DNA of 64,000 nucleotides from a phage. The notes beneath the pieces are model-generated. The model was given only the letters and a program-made list of their open reading frames with translations. It did not search any database and was not told where the DNA came from. Made by a program: the position numbers and the translations under genes. The stretch lies in the sequence record PV805633.1. One strand, given 5' to 3'. Shown here one piece after another: positions 1 through 7,356 of the stretch (the first letter of the stretch is position 1; each line of letters opens with the position of its first letter).

Positions 1-57
1 CAGCATAAGGGTATCTCTTATTTGGGGTTATAAACCTGAAAGGAATCCCTCTAGTTT

Positions 58-93
58 GACCTCCCTATTGAAGGGAGGTCTTTTTTTTTTTTT
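58..93 (+). terminator. Rho-independent terminator (8-bp stem GACCTCCC/GGGAGGTC, 7-nt loop, T13 tract)
   Basis: Perfect inverted repeat 58-65/73-80 followed by 13 consecutive T (81-93). Confidence 0.75.
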
Positions 94-118
94 GACTTAA
101 ACAAACCGGAGCCAGGAA

Positions 119-307
119 ATGTATAAAGAGATTGCATTCTTCTCGTTCTTGTTAGGTGGGTTAATTGGTGCAGGATTTGTAGCCATTTCTAATAACTACT
201 TTGGTTCTACTCCAAATTCTGTAACACAAACCCTCAAGCATGAATGTGAATTGAATATCCCTCGTAACCAAAACTGCGTAATGCAGTTCGTACCGGAGAA
301 GAAATGA
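119..307 (+). CDS. hypothetical small protein (62 aa), hydrophobic N-terminal segment
   Basis: ORF track; GGAG ~8 nt upstream of ATG; stop overlaps next start (ATGA). Confidence 0.45.
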   Translation: MYKEIAFFSFLLGGLIGAGFVAISNNYFGSTPNSVTQTLKHECELNIPRNQNCVMQFVPEKK

Positions 308-564
308 ATATTCATAATCTACGTTTGGTTGAAAGACTGTATGAAGAATACAACGACAACCGACAGCAATTAGCTAGTATAAAAAAGTCCCCACATATGG
401 TGAAAGTAACCTTCTGTGATACAGATTTGGGGGTACAAGCACGTACAAGCATAATCCCTAAATTGGTAGCATTTTATCAGAAGAAAGTGGATGACTTAGA
501 GAAACGCCTAAAGCATTTAGGAGTTGACCTATCTTTATTACCTGAAGAAGAGGAAGAAGAGTGA
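304..564 (+). CDS. hypothetical protein (86 aa), acidic C-terminus
   Basis: ORF track; ATGA start/stop overlap with upstream gene. Confidence 0.5.
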   Translation: MNIHNLRLVERLYEEYNDNRQQLASIKKSPHMVKVTFCDTDLGVQARTSIIPKLVAFYQKKVDDLEKRLKHLGVDLSLLPEEEEEE

Positions 565-746
565 AACTAACCCAGTCCCAAGCAATTTTCCTTCGCATGA
601 TTCAAGGTGGTTCTGCCACCAGCAACCGTAATAACAAAACCGCACAGTCTCTTAAGAAGCTGGGCTTAGTACAGTTCAATGCTGGTCTTGGGTGGTCATT
701 AACCCCTACCGGCGTACTTCAACTCAACGAATTAAAAGGTAACTAA
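561..746 (+). CDS. hypothetical protein (61 aa), possible GTG start
   Basis: ORF track; GTGA overlap with upstream stop; start codon uncertain. Confidence 0.4.
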   Translation: MKLTQSQAIFLRMIQGGSATSNRNNKTAQSLKKLGLVQFNAGLGWSLTPTGVLQLNELKGN

Positions 747-1073
747 ATGAAAACTTTAATTGCTGTTGTTCTAGTAGCTCTATCAGTTCTGTCATTCGGT
801 GCTCAGGCATCCAGTCGTGCAACCTTGTTGGAATCTGCTGCTGATTACAAAGCCAATAATGCAAACTTTGTGAACCAGGGTTACTTCATGGGCATGGTTA
901 CTATGGGTGTGGAAGCAGGAAAGAATTGTGTACCTGACGGTATAAAATTAGGGCACATTTTTGACAGAGTGGCCTCTATTATTCTGTATGACCGAAAGGT
1001 TAATGCAGTAAAAGTACCATCAGACATGGTTCTGTTAGCGATTAATACAGCCTATCCCTGCGTTAAATCTTAA
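747..1073 (+). CDS. secreted/periplasmic small protein (108 aa) with N-terminal signal peptide
   Basis: MKTLIAVVLVALSVLSFGAQA signal-like N-terminus, two Cys in mature part; AAAGG upstream of ATG. Confidence 0.55.
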   Translation: MKTLIAVVLVALSVLSFGAQASSRATLLESAADYKANNANFVNQGYFMGMVTMGVEAGKNCVPDGIKLGHIFDRVASIILYDRKVNAVKVPSDMVLLAINTAYPCVKS

Positions 1074-1107
1074 TTAGTAATTCCATTAACTTTAGGAGAG
1101 TAAGTAA

Positions 1108-2160
1108 ATGGCGAACATTGACTCCTTGACTGTATGTAATACACGGCAAGCCCGTAACTTTATTATCCGTGCCTTGCAAGCAGGTAACGTACCGTTCCTG
1201 ACTTCATCACCGGGTATGGGTAAGTCTGCAATTATTCATTCTATTGCAGAAGAATTTGGTATGAAGCTGATTGACCATCGTTTGTCTACTTCTGCCCCAG
1301 AAGACTTATCTGGTCTACCATTCCGTAATGGTGACCGTGCAGAATTTATTCCTTTCGCTGATTTATTCCCTATCGAGGGTGACGAAGTACCGAAAGGTTA
1401 TAATGGCTGGCTCCTGTTCCTTGATGAGTTCAACTCAGCTAAAAAGGAAGTAGTAGCTGCTGCATACAAACTGATTCTAGACCGTATGACCGGACAGAAA
1501 AAACTTCACCCTAATGTGATGATTATCTGTGCCGGTAACAAAGCTACTGACCGAGCCATAGTTAACCCACTGGGTACTGCAATGCAGTCCCGTGTTGTCC
1601 ACTTCGAAATGGAACTCGACTTCGACATCTTTGTTGAAGACGTTATGATTCCACAAGAATGGGATGAGCGTCTGGTTGCATTCTTACATGCTAACCCTGG
1701 TTATCTGCATGACTTCGACCCTGCCCACAAGAACAAAACATTCTGTTGCCCACGTACCTGGGACTTTGTTAACAAAGACCTCAAGAACCGACCAGAAGGT
1801 GCTTTGCCTGATGAAGATTCTATCTACTATGCAGGCCACGTCACTGCTGGTAAAGCTACAGAGTTTGTTCAGTTCACTCAGGTATACAATCGTATGATTA
1901 CGATTGAGAAGGTAGTCAAAGACCCTTTGGGATGTGCACTACCGGAAGATAATAACCTGTGCTGGGCTACTGTTAACCATCTGGCTAACAAAACTACTGA
2001 AGATAACTTCGCTGATGTTCTTCAGTACATTGAACGCTTTAAAACGTTCACCCATAAGATTCTGTACTTCCGTACAGTAGGCAAAGCATTACCAGAAATT
2101 CAGGCTACCCCTGAATGGCGTAAAGCTGCTGCCAATATCTCTCGTTACATTCACGGATAA
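1108..2160 (+). CDS. MoxR-like AAA+ ATPase
   Basis: Walker A SSPGMGKSA, Walker B LLFLDEFN; 350 aa; strong RBS GGAGAG; paired with downstream VWA-like gene. Confidence 0.8.
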   Translation: MANIDSLTVCNTRQARNFIIRALQAGNVPFLTSSPGMGKSAIIHSIAEEFGMKLIDHRLSTSAPEDLSGLPFRNGDRAEFIPFADLFPIEGDEVPKGYNGWLLFLDEFNSAKKEVVAAAYKLILDRMTGQKKLHPNVMIICAGNKATDRAIVNPLGTAMQSRVVHFEMELDFDIFVEDVMIPQEWDERLVAFLHANPGYLHDFDPAHKNKTFCCPRTWDFVNKDLKNRPEGALPDEDSIYYAGHVTAGKATEFVQFTQVYNRMITIEKVVKDPLGCALPEDNNLCWATVNHLANKTTEDNFADVLQYIERFKTFTHKILYFRTVGKALPEIQATPEWRKAAANISRYIHG

Positions 2161-2167
2161 TCACAAC

Positions 2168-3343
2168 ATGAACCAGATACCTCAGCACACACTTAGTGAT
2201 GAACAACTCATGCGTGAGTATGACCGTATTCAGGCCCAAGCCTTCCTAGGCAAGTCTGCTGCGTTTTTTGGTTCATTGCTGTGTAGTCTTAAGTTCTCAT
2301 GGAAACGTGAGGGTTGTCCCACTGCATGTACCGATGGGATAGAACTCCATTTCAACCCTGACTTCTTTATCTGGATGTGCCCTGATGCAAGAGAAACAGT
2401 GCTAATGCACGAACTCTGGCATGTGGCATATCTGCATGGCATCCGTTGTGGAAGCCGTGACCCGGAAGTCTGGAACCAGGCATGTGACCACTTCATTAAC
2501 CTTCAGTTAGAGGAAGATGGTTACAAGTTCACTGGTATCGACGAAGGTATTTGCAAAGACCCTCAATATAAAGGATGGGTCGAAGAAGACATCTACGATG
2601 ACCTGATGAAGAACCCTCAGAAAAGGCAGAAGCCGTCGGGGGGAGCTGGAGCAAGTCTTGCTGGCGACATGAAAGCCCCCTCTTCGGGGCAGTCCCAGGG
2701 TGCTGTTGTCAACAACGTAGTGCGTGCAATGCAAAGCCAGAAGATGGCTGGTGGAACAATGCCCGGTAAAGGTGCTGGTCGTATGGAAGAGGTTATTACC
2801 CAATTCCTTAAACCAGTAGTTCCATGGCAGGAAGTTCTGATGAACTTCTTTACCGACATTGATGACACACATTATACGTGGGCCAGACCTAACCGTCGCT
2901 TCACTGACGTCTATCTACCTTCTCTGGAAGATGATGAAGGACGCTTACGACACTTAGCCTACTTTGAGGATGTATCCGGTTCTATTAGTAGTGCTGACTC
3001 TCTGCGTTTTAACTCAGAGGTTGCCTACGTTAAGAGCCAGTTCAATCCTAAGAAGATGACCCTAATTACCTTCGACGATATTATCCAAGAAGAAATAGAC
3101 ATCACTGAAGAAGATACTTTTGAAGAGATTAAGATTACTGGTCGTGGTGGTACAAACCTTGAACCAGTGCGCGAATGGATTATTAAGAATAAACCAACCG
3201 CTGCAATCATATTCTCCGATATGTATGTTCGTCCAATGGAAGAATTACCATTTGATATCCCTATCATCTGGTGTGTTCTGAATAATCCTAATGCTACCGT
3301 ACCTTTCGGGGAGGTAGTTCATATCCCTAAAGGAATGAAATAA
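2168..3343 (+). CDS. VWA/DUF2201-like protein with N-terminal HExxH metallopeptidase-like motif (partner of MoxR-like ATPase)
   Basis: LMHELWHVAYLHG motif; 391 aa; immediately downstream of the AAA ATPase, the usual arrangement for MoxR-VWA pairs. Confidence 0.65.
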   Translation: MNQIPQHTLSDEQLMREYDRIQAQAFLGKSAAFFGSLLCSLKFSWKREGCPTACTDGIELHFNPDFFIWMCPDARETVLMHELWHVAYLHGIRCGSRDPEVWNQACDHFINLQLEEDGYKFTGIDEGICKDPQYKGWVEEDIYDDLMKNPQKRQKPSGGAGASLAGDMKAPSSGQSQGAVVNNVVRAMQSQKMAGGTMPGKGAGRMEEVITQFLKPVVPWQEVLMNFFTDIDDTHYTWARPNRRFTDVYLPSLEDDEGRLRHLAYFEDVSGSISSADSLRFNSEVAYVKSQFNPKKMTLITFDDIIQEEIDITEEDTFEEIKITGRGGTNLEPVREWIIKNKPTAAIIFSDMYVRPMEELPFDIPIIWCVLNNPNATVPFGEVVHIPKGMK

Positions 3344-3849
3344 TGATTGTTAATGGTAATTCTCTATACCGTTCATCTCAATTGCTGGATGTCCCAGACC
3401 GTAAAGTATCCGAGCATGGTGTAAGCTATGGATTAGGTGAAGCTGGTTATGATATTCGTATCAAACAAGACATTACCTTCTATCGCTTATTTGGATTGAT
3501 TCCAATGGTGAAAATCGCTGATGGAAAACAAGTATCACGCCACTTCGGTAAGTTTGCATTGGCTTCAGCAATTGAGAAATTCAACATGTCCCCGTCCTGT
3601 GTAGCTATCGTTCACGATAAGTCCACATGGGCAAGACGTGCATTATCTGTGTTCAATACCGTAATAGAACCAGGATGGAAAGGGTATCTTACCCTCGAAC
3701 TGGTCTATCATGGTCGTAAGAAACTGCATATCCCGGCTGGTGCTGGGATAGCTCAAGTATTATTTCATCTGGTTCAAGAGCCTGCTAACTACAATGGCAA
3801 GTATCAGAACCAGGAAAACAAACCAGTTGCTGCAAGAAGCAGCAAATAA
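3343..3849 (+). CDS. dCTP deaminase-like protein (dUTPase superfamily)
   Basis: 168 aa; EPGWKGYLTLEL resembles the Dcd/dUTPase DPGW...G signature; ATGA overlap with upstream gene. Confidence 0.65.
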   Translation: MIVNGNSLYRSSQLLDVPDRKVSEHGVSYGLGEAGYDIRIKQDITFYRLFGLIPMVKIADGKQVSRHFGKFALASAIEKFNMSPSCVAIVHDKSTWARRALSVFNTVIEPGWKGYLTLELVYHGRKKLHIPAGAGIAQVLFHLVQEPANYNGKYQNQENKPVAARSSK

Positions 3850-3858
3850 GGAAACAAC

Positions 3859-4059
3859 ATGTCAGTATTTCAAGTATCTCCTGTTGACAGTACCCAACGT
3901 AAAACTATTGTTGCAACTAACGTAGTAGATGTAGATGAAACCCCGACTGGTGCTGTAATTCATCTGATTGATGGACGAACTGTAACTGTAAAAGAAAGCT
4001 ATCGTTCAGTACGTGGATATGTTCGTAAAGCTTTGACTGCTGACTCTGACGCAGAGTAA
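3859..4059 (+). CDS. hypothetical protein (66 aa)
   Basis: ORF track; GGAAACAAC upstream of ATG. Confidence 0.5.
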   Translation: MSVFQVSPVDSTQRKTIVATNVVDVDETPTGAVIHLIDGRTVTVKESYRSVRGYVRKALTADSDAE

Positions 4060-4071
4060 GTAGCTGCCTAA

Positions 4072-4097
4072 ATAGCCCAACTATGTTGGGCTATTTG
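4072..4097 (+). terminator. terminator-like hairpin (9-bp stem ATAGCCCAA/TTGGGCTAT)
   Basis: Perfect 9-bp inverted repeat with 5-nt loop followed by TTGTG; weak U-tract. Confidence 0.4.
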
Positions 4098-4132
4098 TGA
4101 AGAAACTATCTCAACCTCACATAGGAACCATC

Positions 4133-4393
4133 ATGGAATCTTTAGCAGCAATCCTCGTTCTGTTATTTGCACTTGCTGTATACCTTATCCCTACTATTAT
4201 TGCTTTTGCACGAGGCCATGCCTCTAAGTGGGGCATTGGTGTACTCAATATCGTATTAGGCTGGTCTTTAGTCTTCTGGGTAGTAGCACTGATTTGGTCA
4301 CTGTCTAATAAAGAACAGTCTCAGACTACAATCGTTAACGTTGGTAGTGGTAACCAGTACAACGTGTCTCAAACGAGCCTGTCTGATAAGTAA
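4133..4393 (+). CDS. small inner-membrane protein (2 predicted TM helices), possible superinfection-immunity-like
   Basis: MESLAAILVLLFALAVYLIPTIIAFARGH...NIVLGWSLVFWVVALIW; track ORF begins at an upstream GTG (4097), ATG at 4133 preferred. Confidence 0.5.
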   Translation: MESLAAILVLLFALAVYLIPTIIAFARGHASKWGIGVLNIVLGWSLVFWVVALIWSLSNKEQSQTTIVNVGSGNQYNVSQTSLSDK

Positions 4394-4467
4394 CTAACCT
4401 AAGCATCATTGTATAGTGGTGCTTGTGGAAGTTACTTCCAGCTCATTACTTATCCATCTCCTAATCC

Positions 4468-4494
4468 AAGCCCACCTAACCCGTGGGCTTTTTT
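4468..4494 (+). terminator. Rho-independent terminator (AAGCCCAC/GTGGGCTT + T6)
   Basis: 8-bp stem, 7-nt loop, TTTTTT tract. Confidence 0.7.
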
Positions 4495-4578
4495 AATTAC
4501 AGGTACTCTTATGTCAAACAGACAAATGGTAAGTCTATCTTATATGGACTGGACTTAAGTAAACTGGAACAAACTGCA

Positions 4579-4890
4579 ATGCTTACTTTAGGTATACATG
4601 ACCAAGTAGAAGTGAATGGAATTGGTCCTGATGTTTGTGCAGCAATGCAAGCTGCTATTCAGAAAGGATGGACTAGTAGATCATTTAATGTTTTCCCATA
4701 CATCCCTCCTGAACCTCATCTGAAATCTAAGGTAGACAGAATCATAGATAAGTTCTGGCTTAGCCCATGCGGGGATGACATGCATCTTTACCTGGCTCAA
4801 ATACAAAAGAATCCGCGTACTAAAGATGTGTTCAAAGGCAAAAGCACTACCCACCATTACCCTTGGTATAGAAGAGGTAGTAAATACTAA
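4579..4890 (+). CDS. hypothetical protein (start uncertain; track ORF begins at GTG 4483 inside the terminator stem)
   Basis: First in-frame ATG downstream of the terminator; no clear SD. Confidence 0.4.
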   Translation: MLTLGIHDQVEVNGIGPDVCAAMQAAIQKGWTSRSFNVFPYIPPEPHLKSKVDRIIDKFWLSPCGDDMHLYLAQIQKNPRTKDVFKGKSTTHHYPWYRRGSKY

Positions 4891-5333
4891 TGCGTATCCC
4901 ATTCCTAAGAAAAAGGGAACGAAATCCTGTTCTTTATAATAAAGGTATAGAGGATGAGTACGAACTCAACCGTAAAGCCCGTTCCTACGCAACAAAATTA
5001 TTCATGGGGACTAGCAACCCTAATAGATTACTGGACTTTGTTTTCGAACAAGTCTTTATCATATACAGCTTAGCTATGTCTGCTGGTTCACAAGAAGTAA
5101 GTGATAAGGCAAGATATGCTCTCTGTATGCTCCGGAAAGAGTATGAAGCCATCATGTATGAAGACTTGTACTCCTTTAAGAAAGAAACCGCTGTAGCGTG
5201 TTCTGTGGCTCTTACTGAAGGTATAGCAGTATTACAAGAACTACCCCGTAGTGAGTTTAAGCTGGTATATGTCCAGGCCAGGAGAATTACAGAAAACCGA
5301 AGTGGTATTACCAACTATCTAAGGTCATTCTAA
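4890..5333 (+). CDS. hypothetical protein (147 aa)
   Basis: ORF track; start overlaps upstream stop. Confidence 0.55.
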   Translation: MRIPFLRKRERNPVLYNKGIEDEYELNRKARSYATKLFMGTSNPNRLLDFVFEQVFIIYSLAMSAGSQEVSDKARYALCMLRKEYEAIMYEDLYSFKKETAVACSVALTEGIAVLQELPRSEFKLVYVQARRITENRSGITNYLRSF

Positions 5334-6277
5334 TGATTAAGGCAACTGTCATTGCAGATTCCGTTCATCATGTAACGGGTACTCGTATTACTACCTTTGA
5401 ATTGGTTTATCCTCGATTCATTCACAGTGAGTTTATGACCCACCGTGTATTCAACCGAAATGCTTCAAGTAGTCGTGCTATCCCTACTTCTAAGTTCATC
5501 GAACAGGTTCGTAATGAACCAGTGATGCCAAGTCACTGGGGCAAGAACCAGAAAGGTATGCAGGCATTTGAAGAATTGTCTGAAGACCAGTGTAGTGATG
5601 CAACCTTTATCTGGGAACAGGCTGCATCCAGTGCTGCTACCTATGCAGAAATGCTACGTCGTGGACAAGTACATAAGCAGATTGTTAACCGTATTCTGGA
5701 GCCATTCACACATATCCGTGTAGTAGTAACTTCAACTAGCTGGGCTAACTTCTACGGCTTGCGTGACCATGAAGATGCTCAACCAGAGATTCGTGAATTA
5801 GCTCAAGCAATGCGTAAGGCTCATAATGAAAGTGTTCCATCTAAGCTGTCCCAAGGTGTGTGGCATCTGCCTTATATTCGCAAGATTGATTGTATTAACG
5901 CTTACGATCATTGCAAATATCAACGAGTTACTTGTGATAAACCAAGTGATGAAGAAGTTATAGGCTTACTGCTTAAAGTCTCTGCTGCTCGTTGTGCTCG
6001 TGCCTCCTATAACAACTTTGAAGGCAAGCCATCTACTATTAGTGATGACCTTGCTCTCTTTGCTAAGTTGGTAGAGAAACAACCAATTCATGCATCACCT
6101 ACTGAGCATCAAGCTACCCCGATGGACTTCAGTACCAAGTTTGTTAACAACCAGAACCCATTAACCTGGGAACAAGGTGTTACTTCAATGGACCGGGAAG
6201 GTAAGCTGTATTCTGGTAACTTAATGGATTTCATCCAATTCCGTAAACTAATCCCCGGAGAAACAATTACAGAATGA
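5333..6277 (+). CDS. thyX: flavin-dependent thymidylate synthase ThyX
   Basis: 314 aa; RFIHSEFMTHRVFNRNASSSR matches the ThyX RHR...S.R signature region; ATGA overlap with upstream gene. Confidence 0.7.
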   Translation: MIKATVIADSVHHVTGTRITTFELVYPRFIHSEFMTHRVFNRNASSSRAIPTSKFIEQVRNEPVMPSHWGKNQKGMQAFEELSEDQCSDATFIWEQAASSAATYAEMLRRGQVHKQIVNRILEPFTHIRVVVTSTSWANFYGLRDHEDAQPEIRELAQAMRKAHNESVPSKLSQGVWHLPYIRKIDCINAYDHCKYQRVTCDKPSDEEVIGLLLKVSAARCARASYNNFEGKPSTISDDLALFAKLVEKQPIHASPTEHQATPMDFSTKFVNNQNPLTWEQGVTSMDREGKLYSGNLMDFIQFRKLIPGETITE

Positions 6278-6510
6278 AGCGTTTAGCTATCCAAGCAATG
6301 ATTGTAAGCATCATCCTGGTTCTGGAATTTGTATTTGCACTGCATGGTGCACAGAGCCTGGAAGGGATGTTTTTCGTAGTAGCTCGTTTCTCTGCATGTG
6401 TTCTTGGCTTATGGTGTGTGTATTACTATGCACGCGACTATGTAGCTATCAAGGAACATGATGATGCTAAGGAACGTCTACGACAATTCGTAGAAGAGAA
6501 TCGTAAGTAA
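6274..6510 (+). CDS. small membrane protein (78 aa)
   Basis: Two hydrophobic segments; ATGA overlap with thyX stop. Confidence 0.5.
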   Translation: MKRLAIQAMIVSIILVLEFVFALHGAQSLEGMFFVVARFSACVLGLWCVYYYARDYVAIKEHDDAKERLRQFVEENRK

Positions 6511-6516
6511 ACCTAA

Positions 6517-6541
6517 GACCTCCTCCGGGAGGTCTTTTTTT
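6517..6541 (+). terminator. Rho-independent terminator (GACCTCC/GGAGGTC + T7)
   Basis: 7-bp stem, 4-nt loop, 7 T; stem sequence near-identical to the terminator at 58-93. Confidence 0.75.
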
Positions 6542-6569
6542 GGTTTCAATTACTGTCCCAGGAGGACTT

Positions 6570-6794
6570 ATGGCAAGTTGGTACGCAACTATGTTGGAGA
6601 AAGATTCCAATGGACTATACAGGGAATCCGTCGGTAGTTTTAAAAACATCTGTATAGATGGGCGTTTATGCATGATTAACGCAGTAGATATTGCAGAAGA
6701 AACCCTATCTAAAGAATCAGGTTATGCAGGGTTTAAGCTGGAAAAACTTAATAGAGCCTGGGATTACAGAAATCCTTTTATTTATAAAAAATAA
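6570..6794 (+). CDS. hypothetical protein (74 aa)
   Basis: AGGAGG SD 4-5 nt upstream of ATG 6570 (track ORF starts at upstream TTG 6540). Confidence 0.55.
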   Translation: MASWYATMLEKDSNGLYRESVGSFKNICIDGRLCMINAVDIAEETLSKESGYAGFKLEKLNRAWDYRNPFIYKK

Positions 6795-6803
6795 GGAAAC
6801 AGT

Positions 6804-7016
6804 ATGCCCGCTAAATACCGTATCAAAGACACTCCACTAATGTGTGAGAGTGAGAAGGGTGACATTGTATATGCCTGTATCCAAGACGATTTCAATGCTG
6901 CTCTGATATTAACCCAAATGACAAATACACTGCATGTATCAGTAACACTGGACCCTACCGGTGACTATCCCTGCTTCCCCATTCCTGCCCATAACCTGGA
7001 GCAAATCCGTGATTAA
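6804..7016 (+). CDS. hypothetical protein (70 aa)
   Basis: AAGGAAAC upstream of ATG. Confidence 0.5.
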   Translation: MPAKYRIKDTPLMCESEKGDIVYACIQDDFNAALILTQMTNTLHVSVTLDPTGDYPCFPIPAHNLEQIRD

Positions 7017-7317
7017 TCCTGAAGTTATTCATAGTAAAACTGGTAAGGCTGTTCCACTTAGTGATATTGCAGTTACCGGTGATATTGCTGCTTGCCCAGC
7101 TAACGTCGCTTCACTATGTATGTGCATTGCTGCACTGGCAGAGGAACGTAAATTATGGCTGGAACCAAGCAAAGAAATGGTACTGGCTGGCGTGTCTGAA
7201 CTGAATGCACTTCTGAAAGAAATGTATGACGAGGATGGACAATTAGTTGAGCCAACCGATGACCAAATTTCTGATGCTGTAGTATTCGTACTTCAGGCAA
7301 TGGCTTCAAAACGCTAA
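6961..7317 (+). CDS. hypothetical protein; start unresolved (GTG 6961 overlapping upstream gene, or internal ATG 7120)
   Basis: ORF track; 56-nt overlap with the upstream ORF in another frame. Confidence 0.35.
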   Translation: MTIPASPFLPITWSKSVINPEVIHSKTGKAVPLSDIAVTGDIAACPANVASLCMCIAALAEERKLWLEPSKEMVLAGVSELNALLKEMYDEDGQLVEPTDDQISDAVVFVLQAMASKR

Positions 7318-7356
7318 TTAATTCAATAAGCAACATTTAAACTGGAGAGTAAATAA

